Assembly: GCA_964487665.1 (NCBI GenBank)
Contig: CAZARR010000003.1
Coordinates: 6,998-70,997 of the forward strand
DNA from: an uncultured Pseudomonadales bacterium
Lineage (GTDB): Bacteria; Patescibacteriota; Microgenomatia; UBA1400; MFAQ01
DNA: 64,000 bases
Direction: 5' to 3'
This document shows, in pieces, positions 9,534 through 19,278 of this stretch. Made by a program: the position numbers and the translations under genes. Position 1 is the stretch's first letter. Each line of letters starts with the position of its first letter. A model generated the notes under the pieces. It worked only from the letters and a program-made list of their open reading frames with translations. It had not been told where the DNA came from and did not search any database.

Positions 9534-10823
9534 TCAGTCGAGAAATTTGTTGTAATTGTGCATAACTAACTGAGATTGTAGCGACTTGAGCACTTCAAGT
9601 ACAACTGAGATAACAATGAGGATACCGGTACCACCAATGGATAGGGTGGTTACGTTTGTCAGACGGGAGACAAGCGACGGGGCAACAGCAACCAGACCAA
9701 GAAAAACAGCTCCGGCTAAAGTGATCCGGTTGATAACAAAGGACAGATAATTGGCAGTTTGTTTACCTGGGCGGATTCCGGGAATAAAGCCGCCGTGTTT
9801 TTTTAGTTCATCAGAGATTTTCTCACTGTTAAATACAATAGCGGTATAAAAAAAGGTAAAAGCGACGATGAGCAGGAAGTATAGAAAATTGTAAGGGAAA
9901 GAGTTGGGGGATAAGTATTGACCCATTAGCCTACCGAGGTTGGCAAGAAACGGCTGGGAAGATACCTTGAGGGCATTTGATAGAAATCCAGGAACCAACA
10001 TTAGAGAAACCGCGAAAATAATCGGAATTACCCCGGACTGATTGAGACGCAAAGGTAGGTAGGTGGCATTGGTGGGCGAATTGTTGGCGGTGCGGCGAGC
10101 ATATGTAATCGGTACTTGACGGGTGGCTTCGGTAATCTTGACCACAAGAAATATAAGAAGAATAGCAAGAACTACAAAAACTAAAAAGCTAGAAAAGTTG
10201 GTAGACTCGACAACAGAAGCGGTTTGGGCTAGCGACACTGGAAGACGAGAGACTATGCCGGCAAAGATAATTAGACTTGAACCATTGCCTAAGCCATAGT
10301 CAGTGATAATTTCGGAAAGCCACATTAGGAAGACAGTTCCGGCAAGCAGGGTGACGATGACAGTCAGAAGACGGGTGGGATCGGAAAGAGAGATTAGATG
10401 TTGGTTCTTGAGAAGCATGATTAGACCGATTGATTGAGCTATTCCCAGTGGGATGGTGAGAAGTCGAGTGTATTGGGTTATCTTTTGGCGACCGAATTCT
10501 CCTTCTTTGGATAGCGCCTCAAGGCTGGGAATAACCATCGTAAGCATTTGGATGATTATCGAGGCGTTGATGTATGGCCCAAGGGCCAGGGCCATAATAG
10601 AAAAGTTAGCCAAAGTGCCTCCCGAAAAGACATCTAGGAGAGAAAGAAATTGTGAGGAGTTGAATAGGTTTTGCAAGGCAGAGTGGTCAATTCCTGGAGC
10701 GGGTATGTGTGCGCAAAGGCGAAAAATAGCGAAAACAAACATAGTTACAAATAATCGGCGGCGTAGTGATTCGACTTTGAGAATGTTACGGATGGTGGCG
10801 AGGGCAGACCCGATCAATTGCAT
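9534..10823 (-). CDS. secY: Preprotein translocase SecY
   Basis: FSIMALALGPYINASII, GNGSSLIIFAG, GFIPGIRPG. Confidence 0.97.
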   Translation of the reverse strand: MQLIGSALATIRNILKVESLRRRLFVTMFVFAIFRLCAHIPAPGIDHSALQNLFNSSQFLSLLDVFSGGTLANFSIMALALGPYINASIIIQMLTMVIPSLEALSKEGEFGRQKITQYTRLLTIPLGIAQSIGLIMLLKNQHLISLSDPTRLLTVIVTLLAGTVFLMWLSEIITDYGLGNGSSLIIFAGIVSRLPVSLAQTASVVESTNFSSFLVFVVLAILLIFLVVKITEATRQVPITYARRTANNSPTNATYLPLRLNQSGVIPIIFAVSLMLVPGFLSNALKVSSQPFLANLGRLMGQYLSPNSFPYNFLYFLLIVAFTFFYTAIVFNSEKISDELKKHGGFIPGIRPGKQTANYLSFVINRITLAGAVFLGLVAVAPSLVSRLTNVTTLSIGGTGILIVISVVLEVLKSLQSQLVMHNYNKFLD

Positions 10824-11254
10824 TTGCCCCCGGCGGCTTCAATTAGTACCTTAGCAGTTTGACTAACGGGAATTTTTACCTTGAGGGCTCTATCCACTTT
10901 ACCACGGACGACGATTTTGAGGCCTCGGCTTGTTACAGCACTAGGTGAGAGGCGCAGCATCTTGGTAATCGAATTCGCGTCAACAAGACTACCCTCGCGA
11001 AATTTGGTCAAATCGGCAAGCGAAATAAGAATCGGCTTTGCCTTGAGAGGCTTGAACCTATTTTTGCCTTTGATAAAGGGGGTGCGGCGAATGAGCGGAA
11101 GCTGACCGCCTTCAAACCAGATGGGTACTTTGTTGCGGACTTTTTGGCCTTTGTTTCCTCTTCCGGTGGTGTGCATACCCTTGCCACTGCCAACCCCGCG
11201 ACCGACACGTTTTTTACCTTTGGTAATGATTGAAGGTAGATTACTTAGATTCAT
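10814..11254 (-). CDS. rplO: 50S ribosomal protein L15
   Basis: RVGRGVGSGKG, FEGGQLPL; start at M8 of the ORF. Confidence 0.95.
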   Translation of the reverse strand: MNLSNLPSIITKGKKRVGRGVGSGKGMHTTGRGNKGQKVRNKVPIWFEGGQLPLIRRTPFIKGKNRFKPLKAKPILISLADLTKFREGSLVDANSITKMLRLSPSAVTSRGLKIVVRGKVDRALKVKIPVSQTAKVLIEAAGGKCN

Positions 11255-11741
11255 ATTTTTTGTGCAACTGATCACGCTTGTGACCCATTACTTCAATTGC
11301 CCGCATGGCTTTGAAGGTGGCGAAAACGTTACTCATTTTGTTTGAACCTCCCAAACATTTGGTTACAATGTTCTTGACTCCGGCCATTTCCACGACGGAG
11401 CGGACAGCCCCACCGGCAATAACTCCGGTCCCCTGGGGGGCAGGGCGAAGCATGAGTCGGGCGCCTTTGAATTTTTGATTGATTGGAAAGGGAATGGTAC
11501 CGTCCTTGAGGGGAATTTGAACCATGTCTCGCCTGGCCAAGCGACTAGCTTTTTTTATGGCGGCGACGACGGTAGGAGCCTTGCCTAGACCAACACCAAC
11601 CTTCCCCAACTTATCCCCAGTTACCACTAAGGCAGTAAAGGTAGGACGGTTACCGCCTTTGGTTTTTTTGTTGACTCGACGGATTTGGATGACCTGGTCG
11701 TTATTTGACTCTGGTGCTCGGTTTCTATTGGTTGATTGCAT
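11241..11741 (-). CDS. rpsE: 30S ribosomal protein S5
   Basis: [21 protein letters not shown]. Confidence 0.96.
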   Translation of the reverse strand: MQSTNRNRAPESNNDQVIQIRRVNKKTKGGNRPTFTALVVTGDKLGKVGVGLGKAPTVVAAIKKASRLARRDMVQIPLKDGTIPFPINQKFKGARLMLRPAPQGTGVIAGGAVRSVVEMAGVKNIVTKCLGGSNKMSNVFATFKAMRAIEVMGHKRDQLHKKYESK

Positions 11742-11757
11742 GGAGTGTGATTATATA

Positions 11758-12090
11758 TTAAAACTTGAGGCCACCTTCGCGAGCTGATTCGCAAAAGGCT
11801 TTGACTCGACCGTGAAAGCGAAATCCGCTCCGGTCAAAATACACAACAGAAATTTTAGTCTGTTTTGCCTTGGCAGCAATAATTTCTCCTATCTTTTTGG
11901 CACTATCAATTTTACTCTTGAACTTCTCTTTGAGACTTTTTGTATCAGCGCTAACGAGGGTCAGGGAACGCGTATCGTCAATAATTTGAGCGAATAGGTG
12001 CAAGTTCGAACGGTAGAGTGACAGACGATATTTATGGGGATTAAGAGCCCTTAATTTGGTTCTGATTCTTTGTACTTTACGTGTATTCAT
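11758..12090 (-). CDS. rplR: 50S ribosomal protein L18
   Basis: RSNLHLFAQIIDD, FDRSGFRFHGRVKA. Confidence 0.96.
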   Translation of the reverse strand: MNTRKVQRIRTKLRALNPHKYRLSLYRSNLHLFAQIIDDTRSLTLVSADTKSLKEKFKSKIDSAKKIGEIIAAKAKQTKISVVYFDRSGFRFHGRVKAFCESAREGGLKF

Positions 12091-12099
12091 ATGTTTAGT

Positions 12100-12648
12100 T
12101 TATTTTTCGGCTCCTTTGGTGGCTTTACCCGCTTTGATCCTGACGCTTTCACCAGAATAGCGGATACCCTTGCCTTTGTAACTTTCTGGTGGCCTGAGTG
12201 ATCGAATATTCGCGGCAACCTGGCCGACGAGATGTTTGTCTATACCCTTGATAAAAACTATATTGTTTTTTTCAACTGAGAATTCGATTCCCTTGATCAG
12301 TTTGAACTCAATGGGGTGGGAAAAGCCCAGAGAGAAGACTAGGTTACCACCCTCGAGTTTCACCCGATAACCTGTGCCGACCAATTCCAACTGCTTTTCG
12401 TAACCTTTACTCACACCAATAATTGCGTTTTGCACCAGGCTTCGAATCAGTCCATGAAGTGCCTTGACTTGAAGATTGTCGGAATTGCGCGAAATCTTTA
12501 TTAAGTCTGACTCCTGGGTGAGCTTGATGCTTTTGGGTAAATCAACAAAAAGACTACCTTTGGGGCCAGTAACAGTAACTCTATCCGAGGCGGGTTCTAG
12601 TTTTACTTCGGGTGGAATTCTGATAGGTTTTACTCCGATTCGGCTCAT
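12100..12648 (-). CDS. rplF: 50S ribosomal protein L6
   Basis: MSRIG, GPKG, RPPESYKGKGIRY. Confidence 0.96.
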   Translation of the reverse strand: MSRIGVKPIRIPPEVKLEPASDRVTVTGPKGSLFVDLPKSIKLTQESDLIKISRNSDNLQVKALHGLIRSLVQNAIIGVSKGYEKQLELVGTGYRVKLEGGNLVFSLGFSHPIEFKLIKGIEFSVEKNNIVFIKGIDKHLVGQVAANIRSLRPPESYKGKGIRYSGESVRIKAGKATKGAEK

Positions 12649-12649
12649 G

Positions 12650-13042
12650 TTACCAGACTGTACAAATAAGCTCACCACCGAGGCGCATTTTTATTGCTTC
12701 TCTTTGTGTCATCAATCCTTTGGATGTGCTAAGAATAACCACACCCACATCGGATGGGGTGCGGGGAATGTTGTTCCAAGATACGTAGCTACGAACCGAC
12801 GGGCGACTAAGGCGCTTTATGCCCGAGACAGCCGGTTGACCATCAAAATATCTAAGAGTGAGGTGAAGTTCACGGTGAGGGGCGTCGCCAGAGCCACTGG
12901 TCGAGGATTCGAGGAAGCCGGATGTTACCAAAAGGTCGGCGATACGGGCATTAATTATAGAATGCGGTAATGTTACGCTGTCTCTGCGAGCTAGATAGGC
13001 ATTGCGGATGATAGTCAAAAGGTTGGCGATAGAATCGGTCAT
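12650..13042 (-). CDS. rpsH: 30S ribosomal protein S8
   Basis: MTDSIANLLTIIRNA, ILSTSKGLM, GGELIC; start at M46 of the ORF. Confidence 0.95.
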   Translation of the reverse strand: MTDSIANLLTIIRNAYLARRDSVTLPHSIINARIADLLVTSGFLESSTSGSGDAPHRELHLTLRYFDGQPAVSGIKRLSRPSVRSYVSWNNIPRTPSDVGVVILSTSKGLMTQREAIKMRLGGELICTVW

Positions 13043-13046
13043 GGTG

Positions 13047-13232
13047 TTATTTTGAGCATTTTTTAACTCCTGGAAGTTCCCCCTGGTGAGCCAGTCGACG
13101 AAAACACAGACGACAGATGCCGAAGAGACGCATATAACCTCGGGGACGTCCACACATCTGGCAGCGGTGGTGATCACGCGTCGAGTGACCCTTTAAACGA
13201 TTGTGTTTGACTAATTTACTTGTTTTTGCCAT
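13047..13232 (-). CDS. rpsN: 30S ribosomal protein S14, Zn-binding type
   Basis: [10 protein letters not shown]...CRLCFR. Confidence 0.95.
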   Translation of the reverse strand: MAKTSKLVKHNRLKGHSTRDHHRCQMCGRPRGYMRLFGICRLCFRRLAHQGELPGVKKCSK

Positions 13233-13238
13233 AAATGT

Positions 13239-13781
13239 TTACTTTGCAAAAGGCATGCCCAGAGCTGTCAGTAAAGCCCTTGCCTGCAGAGGATCTTTGG
13301 CTGTGGTTGAAATACTAATATTGAGGCCAGTAATCTTGCCGATTTTATCATAATCCACCTCCGGGAAGATAATTTGTTCGGTAAGACCAAGATTATAATT
13401 CCCTTGTTTATCAAAGGCGGTATTTTTAACTCCCTGAAAGTCTTTGACCTTGGGTAGGACAATCGTTACTATTTTCTGGAAAAAATCATACATTCGGTCT
13501 CCTCGAAGGGTGACTGATAAACCAACAATTTCCCCCTCGCGAACGTTGAAACTAGCAACGGAGATACGAGCTTTGGCAACTTTGGGTTTTTGGCCGCTGA
13601 TTTGAGACAGCCAACCTTTGGTTTTTTCGAGTAATTCTTTTTCGCTTTTGTATTCCCCGGAAGAGACGCTAATGGAAATTTTGCTAAGTTTGGGGACGGA
13701 AAAGATATTAGGGAGTCCTAACTCTTCTTTGATCTTTGGCCTAATTTCCTGTTGGAACCGTAGTGCTAGTGCGTTTTTCAT
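13239..13781 (-). CDS. rplE: 50S ribosomal protein L5
   Basis: SGQKP, VTLRG, EQIIFPE, GMPF. Confidence 0.96.
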   Translation of the reverse strand: MKNALALRFQQEIRPKIKEELGLPNIFSVPKLSKISISVSSGEYKSEKELLEKTKGWLSQISGQKPKVAKARISVASFNVREGEIVGLSVTLRGDRMYDFFQKIVTIVLPKVKDFQGVKNTAFDKQGNYNLGLTEQIIFPEVDYDKIGKITGLNISISTTAKDPLQARALLTALGMPFAK

Positions 13782-13783
13782 GT

Positions 13784-14110
13784 CTATTTCTTTTCTTTGG
13801 GTAAGCTAATAACTCCTGAACATTTTTTGCATATTCTCACTTTAGCTTTGCCCACACCCTCAAAACCAACCCGGGTGGTCTTTTTGCAATTTGGGCAGAC
13901 AAGGGCAATTTTGGCAACATTCAAAGGCCGACTGAGTGTCGCAATTTGACCAGAGCCACCCGATCTAGCCTTTTGATGCTTTTTGTAGGTATTTTTCCCT
14001 TCGACAATGAGACTGTGCCTCTTGGGAAAGGTAGCGATCACTTTACCGGTTTGGTTTTTGTCCTTGCCGATAATGATAGTAACGGTGTCGTTGACTTTGT
14101 ATTTGAACAT
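13784..14110 (-). CDS. rplX: 50S ribosomal protein L24
   Basis: KOW GKDK..TGKV; position between rplN and rplE. Confidence 0.94.
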   Translation of the reverse strand: MFKYKVNDTVTIIIGKDKNQTGKVIATFPKRHSLIVEGKNTYKKHQKARSGGSGQIATLSRPLNVAKIALVCPNCKKTTRVGFEGVGKAKVRICKKCSGVISLPKEKK

Positions 14111-14114
14111 GTTT

Positions 14115-14489
14115 TTATAAAACTTCAGGCGCTAATGAGGCAATACGGGCAAATCCTGCGTCTTTGACCTCGCGGGCTACCGGACCAAATATTCTAGTAC
14201 CTAATGGATTCTTGGTGGCAATTCCATCGATAATGACAGCAGCATTGTCGTCAAAACGGACATAGCAACCGTCTGAGCGAAGAGTCTCTTTGCGAGTCCT
14301 GACTATAACAGCCTTGACAACTTGTTTATTTTTGACCATGCCATTGGGTTCTGCACCTTCTACTGCAGCCGTCACGACATCGCCACAATAACCAAAGGTC
14401 TGACTTGATCCCTTGTGGACATGAATGACTCGTAGCGATCGGGCTCCTGAGTTGTCCGCAAGTTTGAGCATGGATCGTAGTTGAATCAT
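14115..14489 (-). CDS. rplN: 50S ribosomal protein L14
   Basis: [31 protein letters not shown]. Confidence 0.97.
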   Translation of the reverse strand: MIQLRSMLKLADNSGARSLRVIHVHKGSSQTFGYCGDVVTAAVEGAEPNGMVKNKQVVKAVIVRTRKETLRSDGCYVRFDDNAAVIIDGIATKNPLGTRIFGPVAREVKDAGFARIASLAPEVL

Positions 14490-14495
14490 GATAAC

Positions 14496-14729
14496 TTAGT
14501 TGTTTATAACTTTGGCAACTTTATAAAATTTATTCTTACTGATTGGCTTGGTCGGCTCGATGGAAACCCTGTCGCCTACTTTGGCTCCCAAGTCGTTGTG
14601 AACCAGGAATTTTTTATTGGTTTTGACTCTTTTTTTATATTTTGGGTGAAGCCTGAAATGAACAACTTCGACCGTGACTGTCTTGGTCATCTTGTCGCTA
14701 ATAACTGTACCGGCTAAACGTCTAATCAT
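14496..14729 (-). CDS. rpsQ: 30S ribosomal protein S17
   Basis: GTVISDKMTKTV, HPKYKK, KPISK. Confidence 0.96.
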   Translation of the reverse strand: MIRRLAGTVISDKMTKTVTVEVVHFRLHPKYKKRVKTNKKFLVHNDLGAKVGDRVSIEPTKPISKNKFYKVAKVINN

Positions 14730-14878
14730 TTTTTATCAGTATTTTCAGTTAATAGTTGGGCAATTTTTTTCTTGGTCTTTTTGTGGGCATTAGAGTCCTT
14801 TTGTTTACCAGAACGAATATCCATGCGGATAAGGGCGAGTTCATTTTTTAGGTCGATAACGGACTTGGTGGTACTCAT
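14726..14878 (-). CDS. rpmC: 50S ribosomal protein L29, 50 aa (not in the ORF track)
   Basis: Hand translation MSTTKSVIDLKNELALIRMDIRSGKQKDSNAHKKTKKKIAQLLTENTDKK; lies between rplP and rpsQ with TAATG and ATGA overlaps. Confidence 0.85.
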   Translation of the reverse strand: MSTTKSVIDLKNELALIRMDIRSGKQKDSNAHKKTKKKIAQLLTENTDKK

Positions 14879-15285
14879 TATTCTTTGGATACAAATCTAG
14901 TAGAAACAGATAATTTATGGCTAGCTAACCGAGTTGCTTCTTGAGCAATACTCTTTTTGATTCCTGTAAGCTCGAATAGCATTTGTCCTGGTTTAACTAC
15001 CGCGACATAAGAGGACACGTCTGCTTTTCCCGAGCCCATACGGGCCCCGGCAGCTTTTTTCCCAATTGGTTTGTGGGGAAAAACACGAGAAAAAATCTTC
15101 CCAACTCTTTTGGTGTGATGAGCAATGGTGCGGCGGGCAGATTCAATTTGGGCGGCACTAACCCAGCCGCAAGCGGTTGATTTGAGCCCGAATTCGCCAA
15201 AAGATAACTTGTTTCCCCGGTTGGCAACGCCACCCATTGTCCCACGGAACTCTTTACGATGTTTACGACGTGCTGGCTGTAACAT
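14878..15285 (-). CDS. rplP: 50S ribosomal protein L16
   Basis: MLQP, QIESARR, RMGSGK. Confidence 0.96.
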   Translation of the reverse strand: MLQPARRKHRKEFRGTMGGVANRGNKLSFGEFGLKSTACGWVSAAQIESARRTIAHHTKRVGKIFSRVFPHKPIGKKAAGARMGSGKADVSSYVAVVKPGQMLFELTGIKKSIAQEATRLASHKLSVSTRFVSKE

Positions 15286-15301
15286 GTTATTTTATATTTA
15301 A

Positions 15302-15952
15302 CTATTCGACAATTTCTCCGGTATATATCCAGACCTTGACGCCCACGTTTCCGAAGCTGGTCATGGCTGGACAATTGTAATAATCAATATTGGCTCGGAG
15401 AGTCTGGCTGGGAACCTGACCTTCTTTGTAGACCTCGCGTCGGGCGATTTCGGCTCCGCCTATTCTACCAGATAGTTGTATTTTTATTCCTTTTGCCCCG
15501 GCCGTCATAACTTTTTCAATAGCCTGGTTGACCGCTCGGCGGTGTGGGTAACGGTGTATTATCTGGCCAATAATGCGGTCTGCGACAAGAACGGCTGAGA
15601 GATCCGGAGCTTTGACTTCGATCGGGTGAATATTAATTTTCGTTTGTTGTTTGGTATCTTTGTTGTGGATCAATTCTTCCAGGCTTTTTTTTAGCTGCTC
15701 AAGACCGGAACCACCACGGCCGATAACTACGCCCGGGCGAGAAATATGAATGTAAAGCTCTAGACTGTTGATGGATCTTTTGATTTCGACTTTGGTCAAA
15801 CCGGCGTTGAAGAGTTTATCCTTGATGAATTTTCTGATTTTGGCGTCCTCGAGAACGTAAGCGGCATACCCCCTTTTGTCTGCGTACCAAACGGATTTGG
15901 TGTCGAAGATGATTCCCGTCCTAAAGCCTGTGGGGTGAATTTTGTGTCCCAT
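15302..15952 (-). CDS. rpsC: 30S ribosomal protein S3
   Basis: MGHKIHPTGFR, RPGVVIGRGG, GRIGGAEIAR. Confidence 0.97.
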   Translation of the reverse strand: MGHKIHPTGFRTGIIFDTKSVWYADKRGYAAYVLEDAKIRKFIKDKLFNAGLTKVEIKRSINSLELYIHISRPGVVIGRGGSGLEQLKKSLEELIHNKDTKQQTKINIHPIEVKAPDLSAVLVADRIIGQIIHRYPHRRAVNQAIEKVMTAGAKGIKIQLSGRIGGAEIARREVYKEGQVPSQTLRANIDYYNCPAMTSFGNVGVKVWIYTGEIVE

Positions 15953-15955
15953 AGA

Positions 15956-16303
15956 TTATTTTTTGGTTGATTGATCTTTCAACTTGATAACAATGTGTGA
16001 GGTTGGTCGCTCGTAAAGTCGTCGACGTCCCCGGCCGGCGAATCGGATTTTCTTGTTGTTGGCCCCCTTGGTGGCATATGCTTCGCTAACAATTAGATTG
16101 CTATTATTTTGTTTGGGGTCAGATTTGGCATTTGCAATGGCTTGCCTGAGAACTTTGGCTAGATAAGAAGCTGCTCTTCGGGGTGAAAATTGCAGATGAA
16201 CCAGAGCCCTGTCAACACTTTTTCCACGAATCGAAGAGGCGACTAAATTTATCTTGCGGGGAGATTGGGGTGAAAAACTAGATTTTGCGAGTGTGGTTGG
16301 CAT
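15956..16303 (-). CDS. rplV: 50S ribosomal protein L22
   Basis: SPRK, IRGK, AIANA, SHI. Confidence 0.94.
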   Translation of the reverse strand: MPTTLAKSSFSPQSPRKINLVASSIRGKSVDRALVHLQFSPRRAASYLAKVLRQAIANAKSDPKQNNSNLIVSEAYATKGANNKKIRFAGRGRRRLYERPTSHIVIKLKDQSTKK

Positions 16304-16312
16304 GAGATGCTG

Positions 16313-16594
16313 TTAGGTTTTGCTGATAACGCGCTTGGTAACTTTTCCATGGCCACGGAATGTGCGGGTGGGGGAAAATTCTCCCAGCCGGTGGCCGACC
16401 ATGTTTTCACTAATAAATACTTCTTTAAAAATCTTGCCATTGTGAACAAGAAAAGTTAGACCGACAAACTCCGGGGAAATTTGGGATGATCGAGCCCAAG
16501 TCTTTATCGGTTCTTTTTTGCCCGCTTTCTTGAGCCTTGCTATTTTTATAAGCAGTTTGGCGTCTACATATGGGCCTTTTTTTGTGCTGCGCAT
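16313..16594 (-). CDS. rpsS: 30S ribosomal protein S19
   Basis: [23 protein letters not shown]. Confidence 0.97.
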   Translation of the reverse strand: MRSTKKGPYVDAKLLIKIARLKKAGKKEPIKTWARSSQISPEFVGLTFLVHNGKIFKEVFISENMVGHRLGEFSPTRTFRGHGKVTKRVISKT

Positions 16595-16597
16595 GTT

Positions 16598-17362
16598 TTA
16601 CCTAGATACTTTGTTACTTTTAATGATGTATTTGTTTGAGTACTTTTTGCGTTTACGAGTTTTTTTGCCCAGAGCTTTTTTACCCCATGGGGTTTTGGGG
16701 GCTTTCATACCTATTCCGGATCTACCTTCACCCCCTCCGTGTGGATGAGAACGAGGATCTTGAGCTACTCCTCGGACGGTAGGACGAACACCCATAAGGC
16801 GATGTCGGCCGGCACTGCCAATTTTTTCGTTTTTGTGGTCGGGGTTGGTTAGAGCACCAATGGTTGCCCGGCAGTCAGGGTTGATAAAGCGGAGAACACC
16901 GGAGGGTAATTTGATAATAATTTTGTCTTCCTCTTTTGACTGAACCAGTGCGAAGTTACCTGCTGAACGCGCGAGTTGGGCGCCCTTACCAGCCTTGATT
17001 TCTACACAATGAATTGGTGTGCCAACGGGAATATTTTTCAGTTGGCAACAGTTCCCAGGGCGAATTTCGGCAGCAGGAGAAGATATCAGCCAGTCCCCTT
17101 CTTTGACCCCTTGTGGGGCGAGAATGTATGTCTTGAGACCATTTTCGTAAACTAAAAGTGCAATATCGGCAGTGCGGTTTGGATCGTATTCGATACTTGC
17201 CACTCTGGCCTTGATATCGGTTACGTTTCTTTTCCAATCAATTTGGCGAAGGAATCGTTTTTGACGTCCACCTTGTCCGCGTACCGTTATTTTACCAGAA
17301 GAGTTTCGGCCAGAGGATTTTGGGTTGATTTTGAGTAGATTTTTTGGGATCGATGTGGACAT
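16598..17362 (-). CDS. rplB: 50S ribosomal protein L2, N-terminally shortened
   Basis: SIEYDPNRTA, RPTVRG, HPHGGGEG, KTPWG; start at M10 of the ORF after the rplW stop. Confidence 0.95.
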   Translation of the reverse strand: MSTSIPKNLLKINPKSSGRNSSGKITVRGQGGRQKRFLRQIDWKRNVTDIKARVASIEYDPNRTADIALLVYENGLKTYILAPQGVKEGDWLISSPAAEIRPGNCCQLKNIPVGTPIHCVEIKAGKGAQLARSAGNFALVQSKEEDKIIIKLPSGVLRFINPDCRATIGALTNPDHKNEKIGSAGRHRLMGVRPTVRGVAQDPRSHPHGGGEGRSGIGMKAPKTPWGKKALGKKTRKRKKYSNKYIIKSNKVSR

Positions 17363-17363
17363 G

Positions 17364-17648
17364 TTATTTTTTGATGTTGAATAGTTCAATTGTTTGCTTG
17401 TCTTTGAGCTTGACTAGAGCTTTTTTTGAGGCTGGTAAGTTACGATACCGGCCAGTTCGGCGCTGGCGGACCTGACGCTTTGGGAGTCGTTGGGTTTTGA
17501 CATCGGTAACGTTGACCTTGAACAAGGACTCAACGGACTCTTTGATCTGATGTTTGGTGGCTGCGAGACGGACCACGAATGTGAAGACTCCTTTTTTTGC
17601 ATTGGCCAGGCTCTTTTCGGTAATTCGAGGTTTAATTACTGAGTTCAT
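17364..17648 (-). CDS. rplW: 50S ribosomal protein L23
   Basis: PRITEKS, ATKHQIK, KKALV. Confidence 0.95.
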   Translation of the reverse strand: MNSVIKPRITEKSLANAKKGVFTFVVRLAATKHQIKESVESLFKVNVTDVKTQRLPKRQVRQRRTGRYRNLPASKKALVKLKDKQTIELFNIKK

Positions 17649-18301
17649 TTTTGTGCACTAATACTTTTGACCAATCTATTTTGGAGCTCTTCGAAAGCAC
17701 TTTGGGTAAAAATAACAGTGTCGGCTCGGAAGATTTGATAGGTATTGGCTCTAATAACGTTAACAAGGCTGGTCTTGGAAAGATTGCGAAATGAAAGTTG
17801 GAGGTCCTTTTTGTCGCGGGGCGAGAACAGGAGGTCGATTGAACGCCCTGACCGGCCGGTCTCTTTTAGAATTGCTTGGGCAGTCTTGGAGCTCGGTCTG
17901 GAAAAATGGGATGTGTCGAGAATGAAAAAGCGACTTTTTTCGGCCTTGTTTTTCATAGCCATACAAAGGGAAATAATACGCTGGTGTCGTGAAAGTTTAA
18001 GTGGCATGGGGCGGATGCCACTTGGCCCGTGGGCAACGCCGCCACCAACAAATATGGGGGCTTTACGCGAACCGTGCCGGGCGTTTCCTGTTCCCTTTTG
18101 TGCATATACTTTTCGAGTGGTGCCGACTATTTCACTGCGTCTTTTGGTTTTTTTTGTCTTTTGGTGTGAGTGGTCTTGGTAGTAGCGGATGGCCTGTGCG
18201 AAAGCCTTGGAAGAAAATTCGATAGCACAAATTTCTTTGGCAAGCTCCTGTTCTTTTTCTGTTGAGCTTTTGGGGATTATCGGGACAAAATATTTTTTCA
18301 T
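17645..18301 (-). CDS. rplD: 50S ribosomal protein L4
   Basis: QKGTGNARHGS, GGGVAHGP. Confidence 0.95.
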   Translation of the reverse strand: MKKYFVPIIPKSSTEKEQELAKEICAIEFSSKAFAQAIRYYQDHSHQKTKKTKRRSEIVGTTRKVYAQKGTGNARHGSRKAPIFVGGGVAHGPSGIRPMPLKLSRHQRIISLCMAMKNKAEKSRFFILDTSHFSRPSSKTAQAILKETGRSGRSIDLLFSPRDKKDLQLSFRNLSKTSLVNVIRANTYQIFRADTVIFTQSAFEELQNRLVKSISAQK

Positions 18302-18915
18302 TTACTTTGAGGAAGAGTTATCTTGGTAAGACTGTTACGACCGCCTGGTGTGGTTCCTTTAAGAACGAGTATGTTTTTTTCTTTGTCGAAATCTAGGATG
18401 GATAGCGTTTTGACTGTGGCAGTAGTATTTCCGAGGTGCCCTGCCATCTTTTTGCCTAAGACCACTCGCCCTGGGGTGGTTCTTCTCCCGAGAGACCCTG
18501 GGCCACGATGTCGGTCTGACTGACCGTGGGTTCGGGGCTGTGTAGCGAAACCCCAGCGTTTGATCCAACCACCAAACCCTTTGCCCTTGGAAGTAGCAGT
18601 AACTTTTACCAAAGTGTTGGGGGTTAGCAATAGAGAGATGTCGACTCCTGCAAGTTGTTCGGGGGTTGGGTTGGTTACTGTTGGTGACTGTTTAAAAATT
18701 CTGGGGGTGAAATCAAGTTTAAATTTGTTGATCAATCCTTGAATGGGTTTGCTGGCCTTTCTTTTTTTGGTACCGATGGCCAGTAAGACCGCTGACTCAC
18801 CGACGGGGACTATGGCCCGATGGGTGGGGACAATAAAGCAAGTGACAGGAACGCGACGTCCATCGACGAAACGTTGTTCCATGTGTGATTTGTAGGCGTA
18901 TATGTATTTGATCAT
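18298..18915 (-). CDS. rplC: 50S ribosomal protein L3
   Basis: SKGKGF, RTHG, PGRV..GKKMAG. Confidence 0.94.
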   Translation of the reverse strand: MIKYIYAYKSHMEQRFVDGRRVPVTCFIVPTHRAIVPVGESAVLLAIGTKKRKASKPIQGLINKFKLDFTPRIFKQSPTVTNPTPEQLAGVDISLLLTPNTLVKVTATSKGKGFGGWIKRWGFATQPRTHGQSDRHRGPGSLGRRTTPGRVVLGKKMAGHLGNTTATVKTLSILDFDKEKNILVLKGTTPGGRNSLTKITLPQSK

Positions 18916-18949
18916 CGTCTTTGTGGCACCAGACTTTGGTAACCATAGG

Positions 18950-19267
18950 CTACATTTTTATTTGAATATCCACACCTGCGGGTAGATCGAGGTGCTGTAG
19001 AGAGTCAATAGTTTTGTTGGTCGGCATAATAATGTCGATAAGTCGACGATGGGTACGAATCTCAAAGTGTTCCCGAGCGTCTTTGTTTATATGAGGACTA
19101 GTCGTGACAACTATTGATTTTTTCTTGGTTGGCAGAGGAACCGGACCGACGACTTGAGCTCCGGAGACTAAAGCAGTTTGGATAATTTTGTTGGCTGTTT
19201 CGTCAATTACCCTATGATCAAACGACCGGAGCTTTATTCTAATTTTGGGAGTGTTGGTTCCGGCCAT
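18950..19267 (-). CDS. rpsJ: 30S ribosomal protein S10
   Basis: [23 protein letters not shown]. Confidence 0.97.
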   Translation of the reverse strand: MAGTNTPKIRIKLRSFDHRVIDETANKIIQTALVSGAQVVGPVPLPTKKKSIVVTTSPHINKDAREHFEIRTHRRLIDIIMPTNKTIDSLQHLDLPAGVDIQIKM

Positions 19268-19278
19268 ATGGTACCATT

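Noticed and set aside
18916-18949. Small hairpin between rpsJ and rplC (TGGTTACCA-AAGTC-TGGTGCCA on the mRNA strand)
   Set aside because: Short and weak; cannot be told from chance without comparative data
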